From Myxococcales bacterium (GTDB lineage Bacteria > Myxococcota > Kuafuiibacteriia > Kuafuiibacteriales > Kuafuiibacteriaceae), in assembly GCA_019634385.1 (NCBI GenBank), contig JAHQVK010000170.1, positions 3,040 to 67,039 of the forward strand: a stretch of DNA of 64,000 bases. Reading direction: 5' to 3'. Numbering within the stretch: position 1 is the first letter of the stretch; each line of letters opens with the position of its first letter. Under the pieces are notes generated by a model. It did no database searches. It saw only the letters and a program-made list of their open reading frames with translations, and had not been told where the DNA came from. A program made the position numbers and the translations under genes. Below, piece by piece: positions 21,464-31,764 of this stretch.

Positions 21464-22399
21464 GTGGAGTATTACTTCCTGAGGTACGGAGACCTGGAAC
21501 TGCAGCGCCGGATGGTAAGTGACCGATGGCGTACGGACGCTTTCGCTAGGGCCATAGCCGAGGCGGTTCGTCCCGGTGATGTGGTTCTCGATGTGGGGAC
21601 CGGCACCGGGATCCTCGCTATGCTAGCTGCTAAGGCTGGGGCCAAAACGGTTTATGGTGTTGATGCTTCCGAAATCGTACAGTCCGCTGCGAACCTGGTG
21701 AAGGCTAATGATCTATCTGGCACGGTGAAGATTCTACGTGGACCAGCCCAGGAGCTTGAGCTGAATGAGCCAGTGGACCTTATTGTTAGTGAGTGGCTTG
21801 GTCACCTCGCGTTTGTCGAGAATATGCTTGATGACGTGTTAGTGGCTCGGGACCGCAATCTTGTGGAAGGCGGACGAATGTTGCCCTCAAAAGTAGATGT
21901 GCGGCTAGCACCCCTAGATGATCCATACTTGTACTTTCGTGATGGACCGGGTGCTTGGCGCAATTCAGTACATGGACTTGATCTCACGAGCTTAGAGCCG
22001 ATCGAACTTCGACAGGGTCGAGCGGTTCAGACTCGGATTGATCCGAGTGGGTTGCTAGCAAGCAGTAGCTCCATAAGTAGGATCGATCTCGCTCGTACCT
22101 CAAATGAAGGCCCGTACGGTAAAACATCTCATCGATTTGAGGTGACTCGGGATGGGGTCCTGAATGGATTTGCCGGATGGTTTGTTGCTCAGCTTTCTGA
22201 AGGGGTGGTTCTGGATACCGGTCCCCAGCAGCCTGAGACTCATTGGTCACAGACCTGGTTTCCTTTCCCTCCCCAACCAGTGCGAAAAGGTCAGATTCTT
22301 GAGGTCTTGGTGGATATATGTCGTGACCAGGTCGAGAAAAGATACCTATCGGTAGATATTCGCACCCTCGATCTCAGTCAGTGCTTTGTGGTTGAGTAG
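21464..22399 (+). CDS. type I protein arginine methyltransferase (PRMT)-like SAM-dependent methyltransferase
   Basis: YYFLRY, MVSDRWRT, VLDVGTGTG, VDLIVSEWLGHLAFVENM (double-E loop), GGRMLP and PETHWSQT (THW loop). Confidence 0.85.
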   Translation: MEYYFLRYGDLELQRRMVSDRWRTDAFARAIAEAVRPGDVVLDVGTGTGILAMLAAKAGAKTVYGVDASEIVQSAANLVKANDLSGTVKILRGPAQELELNEPVDLIVSEWLGHLAFVENMLDDVLVARDRNLVEGGRMLPSKVDVRLAPLDDPYLYFRDGPGAWRNSVHGLDLTSLEPIELRQGRAVQTRIDPSGLLASSSSISRIDLARTSNEGPYGKTSHRFEVTRDGVLNGFAGWFVAQLSEGVVLDTGPQQPETHWSQTWFPFPPQPVRKGQILEVLVDICRDQVEKRYLSVDIRTLDLSQCFVVE

Positions 22400-23060
22400 G
22401 AACGACCCCCAATCGAAACCGGTTCTTGCTGTACACAAAAACTAAGTTCTCACCTGAGGACAGAAGGGCCTTGTTGGGACCTGGTATAAGATTTAGCTGG
22501 GCTACCGGTTTCGGCAGTTCCTCAACTGAGGATAAACCGACGTCGTCAAACATCAGTACAAGAACTCTGCGCTCGGGTTGAGTGGTTGCTTCAAAAAAAG
22601 CTGCATCAGTGATCCCGTTGCCATCGAAGTCGGCCAGTAGGCATGGGGTACCGGGAGGTTGGAGGTCTTCTTTGTGAATGCCAATCCGGGTTAGCGCCGA
22701 GAGTCCGTGAAACAGCGTAGGGGCAGCACATGAGCAGGGCTGGGTACCGTCGCATGAACTTCGCTCCGAACTCTGGTAGTCGATGCCAGTATTGTTTTTA
22801 CCAAGTTGTACCCCGTTTTTTGCTGGGGGAAGCGGGGTCACTGGACGTGGGGCGGGTTGGCTCGCAGAGACGGGGCCAGAAGTGGGCTGACTTGTTGGTG
22901 TTGCGGCCGAGGTGGGTTGACTAGTGGGTGCTGAAACTGGTTGGCTGGTGTGTGTTAATGTATCCGGTGGAAGTGGCCCTGCTGGACGGCAACCGCAAAA
23001 GATTGCGAACAAGATCACAAGACGGAGTACGGTATACATACTGTGAATGACAGCACGCAT
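22374..23060 (-). CDS. putative lipoprotein with TSQP-repeat stalk
   Basis: Lipobox-like FCGC, four (T/A)SQP repeats, ADFDGNGITD Ca-binding-like motif. Confidence 0.65.
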   Translation of the reverse strand: MRAVIHSMYTVLRLVILFAIFCGCRPAGPLPPDTLTHTSQPVSAPTSQPTSAATPTSQPTSGPVSASQPAPRPVTPLPPAKNGVQLGKNNTGIDYQSSERSSCDGTQPCSCAAPTLFHGLSALTRIGIHKEDLQPPGTPCLLADFDGNGITDAAFFEATTQPERRVLVLMFDDVGLSSVEELPKPVAQLNLIPGPNKALLSSGENLVFVYSKNRFRLGVVPTQPQSTD

Positions 23061-23369
23061 GTAACAAACAACGAAGCAAATCTAGGAAGTTTGGGACGTA
23101 GGAGATCGTTGGTGGCCACCCTTTCTGTTTGTCTCGGGCTGTGGAGTGTAATTGGAGTGGGCTGTAGTGTTCCTCCATGTGAGGAGGCGGAAGCGTGTTG
23201 TGAGGTGACTGAGTCTCTGTTGTTGGCTCTTGGTATGAACGCCAATCAGGTGACCTCAACATGTCAAGGGTTGGAGGAGGCCAACGACGACCAGTGCACA
23301 ACAATCACTGATGAGTTGCAAATGACGTTGTCGGAGTGGGGTCTGCGAGTACCGGAGGACTGTATCTAG
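23043..23369 (+). CDS. small Cys-rich putative lipoprotein
   Basis: Signal-like segment ending in GVGC, several further Cys, acidic composition. Confidence 0.55.
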   Translation: MNDSTHVTNNEANLGSLGRRRSLVATLSVCLGLWSVIGVGCSVPPCEEAEACCEVTESLLLALGMNANQVTSTCQGLEEANDDQCTTITDELQMTLSEWGLRVPEDCI

Positions 23370-23510
23370 GACGGTGGCTGGTTTGGAATTGGCTGATTGA
23401 CACGCCCTTGATGCCGCCGAGCCTCTCTCCGAGTTTGGACCTTAGGGCCCCGCAAGAGGCCAAGCTGATGTTGAAAGACAGGACCCGAACCCGAGTTATG
23501 ATGAGCCGAT

Positions 23511-24020
23511 TCAAGGATCGTTCGGTTTGGTGGATTCAACCTCAGGCTTTGGTCGGGGCCGTTGTAAGAATCTAAAAAGTTGGCTGGCATTTGCTCCTCC
23601 GCGTGACCGGGGACTGCAAGAGAAAAGTCTCTGGACGAAATCGGAACCAGCAGCGGGCCATTTTCTAAATAGTTCTTCCGCAATCGGAGAGGAAGAATCT
23701 TCGGACTGGAAGTTCTCTAGGGTTGAACTCAAGTGGTGTAAAAAAAAATCGCTGAACGATTGGTCGTTCATGCGGATAAGGTTGAGCAGCAACGGCACTG
23801 GCAATAGCCGCGAAGCTCGTCGGCTTTCCAAAACAATTTGAGCGAGGGTTGCTTGGGTTATATCCTGACCGCTTTTGGCGTCAAATACTTGAATCTGACT
23901 ACCTTCTTGGACCTTACGCGCGAGCTCTTCCAACGTGACGTATCGACTATCGCGTGTATCGTACAGACGTCTGTTGCTGTACTTTTTGACCACGATTTCG
24001 TCAGCTGTCTTGTCCGCCAT
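23511..24020 (-). CDS. phaR: PhaR-like polyhydroxyalkanoate synthesis regulator (DNA-binding domain)
   Basis: KKYSNRRLYD...YVTLEEL...DAKSGQDIT motif. Confidence 0.85.
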   Translation of the reverse strand: MADKTADEIVVKKYSNRRLYDTRDSRYVTLEELARKVQEGSQIQVFDAKSGQDITQATLAQIVLESRRASRLLPVPLLLNLIRMNDQSFSDFFLHHLSSTLENFQSEDSSSPIAEELFRKWPAAGSDFVQRLFSCSPRSRGGANASQLFRFLQRPRPKPEVESTKPNDP

Positions 24021-24125
24021 ATTTGTATAGACATAGCATGACTAGTTGGTCTGTCCCAGATGTGCGCACCCAAGTTTTGAAGGTAGTATGCTGAACTAAG
24101 CATCTAAGCAATCAGCTGTTCTAAC

Positions 24126-24313
24126 TTAGGGCGTGTCTTTACCCTCTTAGGGCGTGTTCTCACTTGTATCCCCAGTTGTGAGGGCTCGGTGGCTTCGCCC
24201 CTCTTTCGGGCCCTGCGGTTCGGTACATCCCGTACCCTCCCTCCGGGGCCGACCGTTCACAAATGCAGGATACGGCGTCATCTCCATCGCCAGAGTTTAG
24301 AGACACGCCCTAG
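24126..24313 (+). mobile_element. MITE family A, full copy
   Basis: TTAGGGCGTGTCTTTACCCTC ... GAGTTTAGAGACACGCCCTAG with conserved interior. Confidence 0.85.
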
Positions 24314-24538
24314 GCGGCGGAGCTTCCGTCAAATGTATAGGGTTTGTCAGATCGGCTTGGATGTATATTTGTAATGTCTTCTTCCGTAGGCTCCAGGTCC
24401 TTTGAGGGTAGTTGTCCACTAAACTAGGACAGAACTTTCGCTGGTTCCTGATGTACCTGAATGTCGGGCTTCTAAACGCCACTCCCCGGAGCTTCTTGGT
24501 AAGCTAGCTGGGGTAAGCCTCTCCCTGAAGCCAAATAC

Positions 24539-24581
24539 TACGCCGTAATCTCCGCAGCCGGAGTGTAAAGATACGCCTTAG
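24539..24581 (+). mobile_element. MITE family A right-end fragment
   Basis: TACGCCGTAATCTCCGCAGCCGGAGTGTAAAGATACGCCTTAG matches the family A right end. Confidence 0.6.
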
Positions 24582-24635
24582 GCAAATTAGGGAAGAGTTT
24601 CAGAGCCACGTACGACTTTAATGACAAGCCCGAGC

Positions 24636-25505
24636 TCAGTCTTCACCGAGTTTTCGAACGAAACTGGGTTGAGGAACTTGTGGCCATGACATCTTTGAGA
24701 ACCGAACGGTAGGGGCCGTGTCACTATCAAAAGCGATCGGAGGACCGGTATGCTCAAGAAATTCTACGGCAACTAGAGTGAGCTCAGTGGGTTCGGCACT
24801 GGCAACAATGAGTGCTTGTCCGGCGGTCCCGCGACTGAAGCTATTGGCTCGGAACTGGGTATTTTCTATGCGAAGTTTCCCACCGGTCAAGAGGATAGCT
24901 CCTGCCAGATTGCCGGTATTTCCTTCGATACTACTATTTCGGATAGTGACGTCCATGCCAGACTTAATGGTTATGGCACCAGCCACGTAGCAGTTGTGGG
25001 CTCTTATTTGTACGTGATCCATCTGTAGCTCGAGCGGCGAACGAGCTTGAATTGCGGAGCCAATGCAATAGCCAGTAATGGTTCGGCTAAGATCAACGTT
25101 GGTGAATTTGATTGTCCCTGGACCACTGAGCATTATACCCACCCCACGATGGCGGCTGGTTCGCTGTGCGCTTGTAAACGTTATATCTTCGACGTGAATG
25201 GTACTTTTTTCAGGGGCAGAAATAATTAGTACCGGTTTTTCTCCTTTCGATTGGATGATGGTTGACCCCTGACCTGCGCCACGAATGGTGAGCGGTTTAT
25301 CGATGCGAAGTGACCCATGAATCTTGGTGGGAGGGAGGGAAATGGTCGCTCCAGATAAACTGGTCGCTATGCGCCGCTGGATATCGCGAGTAGTACTAGC
25401 AGGTGGCTCGGCGCTTGAAGAAAGGGAAGCGCCAGGAGAAGGGTCGGTACCCGTGGTGAGGAGAAAAAGGCCTAAGCCAATGAAAGAGATGGCCATCGTA
25501 CTCAA
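24636..25505 (-). CDS. secreted right-handed beta-helix (pectin-lyase-like) protein
   Basis: Signal-like N-terminus, IDKPLTIRGAG, repeated xIxNSxIxGN / AGAI beta-helix turns. Confidence 0.7.
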   Translation of the reverse strand: MSTMAISFIGLGLFLLTTGTDPSPGASLSSSAEPPASTTRDIQRRIATSLSGATISLPPTKIHGSLRIDKPLTIRGAGQGSTIIQSKGEKPVLIISAPEKSTIHVEDITFTSAQRTSRHRGVGIMLSGPGTIKFTNVDLSRTITGYCIGSAIQARSPLELQMDHVQIRAHNCYVAGAITIKSGMDVTIRNSSIEGNTGNLAGAILLTGGKLRIENTQFRANSFSRGTAGQALIVASAEPTELTLVAVEFLEHTGPPIAFDSDTAPTVRFSKMSWPQVPQPSFVRKLGED

Positions 25506-25606
25506 ATACGTTACGCACGAGTGATGGGGTGGTGCTAGTTTTTGAGAGATATGGAAGGCGACCTAAACAAAGGAAGACTAAGACTTCGCGTTGAAAGTCC
25601 TTATTC

Positions 25607-27688
25607 TCAAGGCCTAGTCACTGCGCGCGGCCCTTCTTTTTGTTGTAGTCGTTGTTTGTTGGCACCCAAAGAAGGACCTCGGGGGGCTATGGCGAGGTCA
25701 ACCGCAATTTCGATGGCCTCGTTCACAAATGTCTTTTCGAGTCGTTCGAAACGTTGATCGTCATCTTCTTGTTCTTCTGTTGACTCGTCCTTCTTCTTTT
25801 TTTGCTCTTCTGCGAAGTCGGTAAGGTCAACGATCCCTTTCCTTTTCTCGGCTTTTTCGATTTCAGCATGAATTTCGGCGTACGCCTCTGATGTGGAGAT
25901 TCGTGCCTTCGAGCGTCGAATAAGTCGCTCGGTAGCTGTCAGAGAAACCGGCGTCCAGTGGTCTTTGTTGGCCTTGTTGACGTGTAACGACCGAAATTCC
26001 TGAGTGGATTGGGGTGGAAGGCTATAATCAAGGTCTTTCTCCCCCATTTCGACGGTTGATAGAAGTGAAGGGACAACCAGATCTGCGCTCACCCCGACCT
26101 GTTGGGTGGAGCGGCCGTTGGGGAGGAAGTACATGCCAGTTGTGACTTTGACTGCGCCTAGGTTTCCGGGCAGTGGACGAAGGGTTTGAACGCTCCCCTT
26201 ACCAAATGAAGATGTTGCGGCTCCCACGACTAGCGCACGCTGATAAGATTGGAGAGCTCCGGCAAGAATCTCACTTGCGGAGGCGCTAAGAGGGGATATT
26301 AGAACCACCAGAGGGCCAGACCAAGAGATCGATGAATCCGTATCTTTAAGGATGCTGACTTCGCCACCAGTGTCTCGAGTGGCAACGATCGCTCCCTCAC
26401 GAATGAAGAGGCCAGAGATTCGGACTGCGTCTTCCAGGTACCCGCCGCCGTTTTTGGAAAGATCTAGCACCAAAGTATCAGCTGATTTAGCTTTAGCTTC
26501 TTCCAGCAAGTGTTTAACGTCCAAATAAGAAGATCTTCCATCACGATCTCCTCCTCCGTAGAAGGATGGAAGTTCCAGTACGCCTACTTTGAACTTTTTG
26601 TTGTTGCGGGTGCGTTCTTCGAACTCAATTTTTGCTGCTTGTTGTTTTACGTCGATCTTATCTCGAACAATGGTGACACCGAATGTTTTAGTTTCAGTAC
26701 CCTCCCTCAGGATACTTAGCGTGACCTTTGTTCCCTTTTTTCCACGAATGAGTTTTACAACGTCTTGGATAGACATATCGATCGTAGTGACTGGTGCTTC
26801 TCCATCTTGAGAAACTGCGATGATTTTGTCCTTAGGTCGCAGTTTGCCGCTCTTCTCCGCTCCGCCACCAGGAATGAGAGACTCAATATAGGTAAAGCCA
26901 TCGGACGAACGAAGGGCGGCACCAATACCCTCCAAGGATAACTTCATATTGATTTGAAAATCTACGAGTGAGTCGTGCGAAAGGTAGGACGTATGGGGAT
27001 CGAGGGAGCGAGCAAAGGCCTCAGCAAAGATTTCTGGAAGGCGTTGCTTCTTAGCCCGTTCGGCTAAACGTTTTTCCACAAGTTGATAGCGATGTACGAG
27101 CTGTTTTTTCGCCTTGTCCATGGCTACGCTACCCCTCAAATAGTTGGCCATTTGGAAGTGAATGAGGGACTCAACCAATTGGCTACGTTGTACTGTGCTT
27201 AGGGCATAGCCACGCTCGTCGGGATCTATTACGATCTTAACCGAGGTATCTACCTTATAAGAGTCCGTCATCAGTTTTTGAGCATGTAGAGTATCTTCTG
27301 TTGCTTTATTTTGGATGATACCGAAGGCTTCGCTGAGAAGCTCACAGTTCCCTTGAGCAATGGTGTCGAAATGCTTTTCAATACGCGTTGTGAGACCTTC
27401 TGCTTCGCTCTTAAGGAGGAGTGTGCGTGAAGGATCGATGCTTTGCACAAACTGCTCGGCGGTGCGGTGCTTGAGTTCAGGGGTAATATTACCGATACTG
27501 TAGTGATAGGCTTGATATTGCGCAAACAGCTTGCTCAAGGCGTTACAGGGGAGCGAAGCGGCTTCAGCTTGGCGAGTGGTTTGCGCGCAGGCCGTTCCTG
27601 CCACGACAAGGATAATGCTCGTGGCTCGTAGCCACACAGTGTACAGTTGCTCGGGCATAGATTTCATAACCTCTCTGTGCAAAAACAT
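25607..27688 (-). CDS. prc: carboxy-terminal processing protease (S41A, Prc/Tsp)
   Basis: DPHTSY, GIGA PDZ loop, DLSKNGGG, SASASEI and FGKGSVQ motifs. Confidence 0.92.
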   Translation of the reverse strand: MFLHREVMKSMPEQLYTVWLRATSIILVVAGTACAQTTRQAEAASLPCNALSKLFAQYQAYHYSIGNITPELKHRTAEQFVQSIDPSRTLLLKSEAEGLTTRIEKHFDTIAQGNCELLSEAFGIIQNKATEDTLHAQKLMTDSYKVDTSVKIVIDPDERGYALSTVQRSQLVESLIHFQMANYLRGSVAMDKAKKQLVHRYQLVEKRLAERAKKQRLPEIFAEAFARSLDPHTSYLSHDSLVDFQINMKLSLEGIGAALRSSDGFTYIESLIPGGGAEKSGKLRPKDKIIAVSQDGEAPVTTIDMSIQDVVKLIRGKKGTKVTLSILREGTETKTFGVTIVRDKIDVKQQAAKIEFEERTRNNKKFKVGVLELPSFYGGGDRDGRSSYLDVKHLLEEAKAKSADTLVLDLSKNGGGYLEDAVRISGLFIREGAIVATRDTGGEVSILKDTDSSISWSGPLVVLISPLSASASEILAGALQSYQRALVVGAATSSFGKGSVQTLRPLPGNLGAVKVTTGMYFLPNGRSTQQVGVSADLVVPSLLSTVEMGEKDLDYSLPPQSTQEFRSLHVNKANKDHWTPVSLTATERLIRRSKARISTSEAYAEIHAEIEKAEKRKGIVDLTDFAEEQKKKKDESTEEQEDDDQRFERLEKTFVNEAIEIAVDLAIAPRGPSLGANKQRLQQKEGPRAVTRP

Positions 27689-27695
27689 TGTTTGA

Positions 27696-28610
27696 TTATT
27701 CTAGATTCCTGTCTGCAGCCAAACATTGTTGTATTGTTTCATCGAGCGATGTCCGGCCGAAATCAGGTATGTTTGGCCAGATTTCGGGGCCACTCGGATC
27801 CAGATTTGAACGTAGGCCTTGGACAAGCTCTCGAGCGATATTCAGGTCTACCCTTGTAATTAGCGCTATCCCGTAGCTGGACAGTGTGAGTGAAAACAAG
27901 GGCACCGGAATCGTAAGTGGGTGTCGGTTCATACGGGCAGCAACTCGCTGAATGAGCGCAGCATGGGTTATGCGCTCCGGACCCGGGGCATCAAACCACG
28001 CCGATCGGTGCGCAAGGGGCAGCTCCAGAGTATGAATAATAGCTGCGCAGATATCATTGATGTATACCGGCCAGGAACCAAACTTGAGCCATGATGGTAT
28101 GATCATCGCTGGTAGTCGAGCTGCAAGGTCTCGAACGATGTGCCACGAGGCACTTCCGGTGCCGGCAATCATGGACGCTCGAAGCTCAATCGTAGATACC
28201 GAACCCGAACGAAGGATTCGCCCGGTTTCTAAGCGGCTCATCAGATGTTTGGATGGAGGACCGGAAGGATCTACCCCACCGAGGTAAACAATACGTTTTA
28301 TACCAGCAGCTTCAGCGGCTTGGCGAAAGGTCTGGGCGGCAAGAGCTTCTCGGTAACTATAATCCCCACCGTCAGTCATTCCATGTATAAGGTAAACAGC
28401 ATAGTCACATTCACGCAGTATGTGTACAATGTCTGAATACTGATGATGGTTGAGATCAAGACGGATCCACCTCAGGTTGTGATCCTCAAATCTCGTGTAC
28501 CGTGCTGACCTACTGGTGGCGATCACCCGGTATCCGGATGCTCTCAGATGAGGAAGGAGCGACTGTCCGACAAAGCCAGTGGCCCCTGTTAAGAGAACAG
28601 AGCCCTTCAT
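27696..28610 (-). CDS. NAD(P)-binding epimerase/dehydratase (YbjT-like SDR)
   Basis: TGATGFVG, YLIHGM, IVYLGG and SKHLMSR motifs. Confidence 0.85.
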   Translation of the reverse strand: MKGSVLLTGATGFVGQSLLPHLRASGYRVIATSRSARYTRFEDHNLRWIRLDLNHHQYSDIVHILRECDYAVYLIHGMTDGGDYSYREALAAQTFRQAAEAAGIKRIVYLGGVDPSGPPSKHLMSRLETGRILRSGSVSTIELRASMIAGTGSASWHIVRDLAARLPAMIIPSWLKFGSWPVYINDICAAIIHTLELPLAHRSAWFDAPGPERITHAALIQRVAARMNRHPLTIPVPLFSLTLSSYGIALITRVDLNIARELVQGLRSNLDPSGPEIWPNIPDFGRTSLDETIQQCLAADRNLE

Positions 28611-28825
28611 GAGAGCTTATGATCCATGGGGTTCGGTGCTTAACCAAATATTATGCGCCGTCGCATGCCTAGGAATGACTATCTCGCAAGCTTTGGAGGG
28701 ATCGAAGAGTCGTTGGCACCTTTAGTGTTCTGAGTCGATCTGCTCTCTTTTCTCGCGTGCCCCGGTCCGAAAATCGATGAGGTAGTGGATAATGACTGAA
28801 TGCGACAAGGATAGCGGAGCCTACT

Positions 28826-28887
28826 ACCCTTTACACACGTGGGCTTCGGCGTCATCTCCACCGCCAGAGGGTAAAGACACGCTCTAA
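28826..28887 (+). mobile_element. MITE family A right-end fragment
   Basis: CGGCGTCATCTCCACCGCCAGAGGGTAAAGACACGCTCTAA. Confidence 0.7.
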
Positions 28888-29263
28888 TAGCTCGTTTATC
28901 TAGCCCAGCAAGCATGCTTCGCCCAGTTCTAGTAGGGAGACACTTCTGGACTGCTTTGCCCGTCATCTGCTCCATATGCCGAGTATGCCCCTCTGTCGAA
29001 GCGTTTCACAAAATACGCCGGTAGGACCAAATCAACGGGCTGTTGGCGGTCGTTGATGAGGGCGGGATATTAATTCAGCATGTTGACAGAAAATCAATTT
29101 GAATTACAAATAGTTACCAAGATATAAGCGCCCCACGGATGGTCTACCAACCATCCGTTATTAGGCTGTTCTCAGGCGCAGGGCACTATATGATCCTCAG
29201 GAGCCCGTCTCATAAGGGGCCAATTGCGCGGCAATAACCAGGCGGTTCAAGCTGATCAGTGCT

Positions 29264-29530
29264 CTAAGCCTTACTGAATTGGGAGCGGAGGAAGCTCTCG
29301 ATCGTTGAGCAGGGAACAAGCATAGGTTTCTTTGTGATCGTGAAGGTGATCGACCCGCCATCGATATCGTATTTACCCTCGATAGCCCCACCTACCGGAA
29401 GTTTTACGGAGTAGGTACCGTTTGCTACGTTTCCTTCGAACGAACCTTTGGCATCACAGATCATTTGACGGGCTTTCTGGACGAGTTCATCGGGCGTTCC
29501 GGGCAGGTTGATGGAGAAGGTACAAGCCAT
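29264..29530 (-). CDS. small hypothetical protein
   Basis: Clean 88-aa ORF downstream of E1 beta, protein-like composition. Confidence 0.7.
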   Translation of the reverse strand: MACTFSINLPGTPDELVQKARQMICDAKGSFEGNVANGTYSVKLPVGGAIEGKYDIDGGSITFTITKKPMLVPCSTIESFLRSQFSKA

Positions 29531-29680
29531 AGTTAGACGTGAAGATACCTGAGATACTCCAAAAGCACGAGCTCGGGTTGAGGGTTGAGCTGGTTAGTGG
29601 GTGCTTGCTCGCAAACAATGGTGTCGCGCTATATGCTTCATCCCCCGTGTAGCCCCATCCTTCGAGGAGAGACTTGCGTC

Positions 29681-30736
29681 TTAGGCGGACAAGTTGGCGA
29701 GTTCTCGGATGGCCTGTTCAACGTCGTCCGGCTGGGGGACGGTGGCTTGCTCCAGTGGCCAGGCAAGACCGATACCGGGTATGGCTCGAGCGGCAACCAA
29801 CTTAGGGGGGGCTTCCAACTCATAGAAAAGCTCTTCCGTGATTCGGCGAATCAGGTGTTCGCCAAAGTTAGTGATCGCACCATCCTCGTTGACCTGGAGA
29901 AAACGACGAGTTTTCCGGACAGAGGAGGCAATCGTTTCCCAGTCATAGGGATACAGTGAGCGTAGATCTATGACTTCTGCCGAAATTCCTTCATCTCCCA
30001 ACTTATTCGCTATCGAGTGACATAGCGGCGCATGCCGACCGTAAGTAACTACGGTGAGGTCGCAGCCGGATTTGAGAATATTCGCGGTCCCGATTGGGAT
30101 AGAAAAATCGGGCAGTACGGGCCAATTGGGGATCCAGCTGGAGCGGTCCCCAAGCGGGGCGTCGATCATTTTGCTCAAAGTGCGAGGGTTGTCTGGTTCT
30201 CCAGGAATTTTATCTTTCCCCTGGGCTCGTACGAGGGCCTTCGGATAAAGAAACATGACCGGGTTTGGGTCCCTGATAGCGGATATCATTAGCCCATAGC
30301 AATCTCGGGCGGTGGATGGCAGCACAACCTTCCAGCCAGGGATATGGGTCATCATCGAATCGAAGGAGTGTGAGTGATATAGCGAACCATGGATGCCTGC
30401 ACCAACCGGAGTCATCACAACCATAGGAAGAACAAACTGTCCCATGCTCGACCAGTGAGAGCTGCCAGCGAGTTTGAGAAGATCTATGGTGTTGAAGACA
30501 TAATCACAGAACTGGATTTCAGCTACACACCGTTGACCAGCCAGTGCTAGCCCCATGGCGGTACCTATAATTCCTCGCTCATCAAGCGGGGAGTTCCATG
30601 CGGTCTTAAGTCCCTGAGTAACTGTGAATACTCCTCCAAGAGGAGGGCCTACATCTTCTCCAAGGATATCGGTAACGCCCAGTCGAGTCTCACCCACATG
30701 AAGCGCAAGACGAATGGCTTGTGCTATGGTTGCCAT
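29681..30736 (-). CDS. 2-oxoacid (likely branched-chain) dehydrogenase E1 beta subunit
   Basis: GEDV..GGVF, PLDERGI, AEIQF and VIDLRSL motifs. Confidence 0.9.
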   Translation of the reverse strand: MATIAQAIRLALHVGETRLGVTDILGEDVGPPLGGVFTVTQGLKTAWNSPLDERGIIGTAMGLALAGQRCVAEIQFCDYVFNTIDLLKLAGSSHWSSMGQFVLPMVVMTPVGAGIHGSLYHSHSFDSMMTHIPGWKVVLPSTARDCYGLMISAIRDPNPVMFLYPKALVRAQGKDKIPGEPDNPRTLSKMIDAPLGDRSSWIPNWPVLPDFSIPIGTANILKSGCDLTVVTYGRHAPLCHSIANKLGDEGISAEVIDLRSLYPYDWETIASSVRKTRRFLQVNEDGAITNFGEHLIRRITEELFYELEAPPKLVAARAIPGIGLAWPLEQATVPQPDDVEQAIRELANLSA

Positions 30737-31764
30737 GAGTTTTCCTCGGCAAAAATGTGATCGTAGATAGTGTCCGGAGTGGGTAATGGTTCACGAACAA
30801 CCGTTTCGAAAGCTTTCCGTGCTTCATCTTCGTGCCCGATATAGATGGTCTCCAGCTGATCTTCGGAAGCGGTACCCTGCTCTATGAGTTGCCCTTTGAA
30901 TGCCTCGAAGCAATCGGGTTCGTCCACTCGTGCTCCTCCAGAGCTCGAAGAGTGACCATGAAGTCGGGAAACGGCTGCCTCTAGGCCGAACGGCTTTCGA
31001 GTATCACGGACGTAAGCAATGGCGGCAGATAGCGCGTTCCACGAGGCAGTCGGATCATTACCATCCACGGTTTCCCAACGGATGCCATACGATCCACACC
31101 GCTGAATGGCGGTTTGCTCGCCACGGATTTCCGAAAATGGTGTCGAAATGCCCCATTGGTTGTTGACCACTAAAATGAGCACTGGCAGCTCTCGTCCGGG
31201 AATGCTGGACCAATTAAGGCAGGTGGCGAAATCGCCCTCTGAGGTCCCCGCGTCACCACCATTTACGATGGTAATTCCGGTCCCACCGAACCGTTTTTGA
31301 GCGAGAGCAGTGCCTGGTGCCATTGTGTACTGAGTCTCGATTGTGGAGCTCACCGGCACTACATTCCAAGCTGGAATCGAGTAGTGGTGGACAAAGTTGC
31401 GCCCCCCGCTGAAACGGTCTGTAGCGCGGGAGCACATCTGACGAACGGCATCGATCATAGGCATGCCCATGGCGGTAAGTATTGCTCCGCTACGATAATG
31501 GAGATGTAGATAATCGAAAGCAGGGCCTTGTCCTTTCTGGACTAATAAGCCTAAGGGCACATTGAAGGCCTCTTCCCCCGTACCACCGACCCAGAAATAG
31601 CCATGTTCCGTTTTTGATATCTTCCGTAAACGTTCTTCCAGGGCACGTGCTTTAGCCATGATATCAAAGACCCTAAGGGCATCCATGGGTGGCACCTTGT
31701 TCTGATAGATTTCAGGAATACCACGTAGCGATTTCCAAACTTCACGGTCTCGGGTCTTTGTCAT
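30724..31764 (-). CDS. 2-oxoacid dehydrogenase E1 alpha subunit (TPP-binding)
   Basis: HYR, GDAGTSEGDF...NNQWGIST, VDGND and HGHSSS motifs. Confidence 0.9.
   Translation of the reverse strand: MTKTRDREVWKSLRGIPEIYQNKVPPMDALRVFDIMAKARALEERLRKISKTEHGYFWVGGTGEEAFNVPLGLLVQKGQGPAFDYLHLHYRSGAILTAMGMPMIDAVRQMCSRATDRFSGGRNFVHHYSIPAWNVVPVSSTIETQYTMAPGTALAQKRFGGTGITIVNGGDAGTSEGDFATCLNWSSIPGRELPVLILVVNNQWGISTPFSEIRGEQTAIQRCGSYGIRWETVDGNDPTASWNALSAAIAYVRDTRKPFGLEAAVSRLHGHSSSSGGARVDEPDCFEAFKGQLIEQGTASEDQLETIYIGHEDEARKAFETVVREPLPTPDTIYDHIFAEENSWQP

Noticed and set aside
21464-22399. Calling this ribosomal protein L11 methyltransferase (prmA)
   Set aside because: It lacks the PrmA N-terminal domain and FGTGxH motif and has PRMT-specific double-E and THW loops
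29135-29158. Perfect 9-bp hairpin ACGGATGGT-N6-ACCATCCGT as a terminator
   Set aside because: No T-tract in the direction of the flanking minus-strand genes; function cannot be supported
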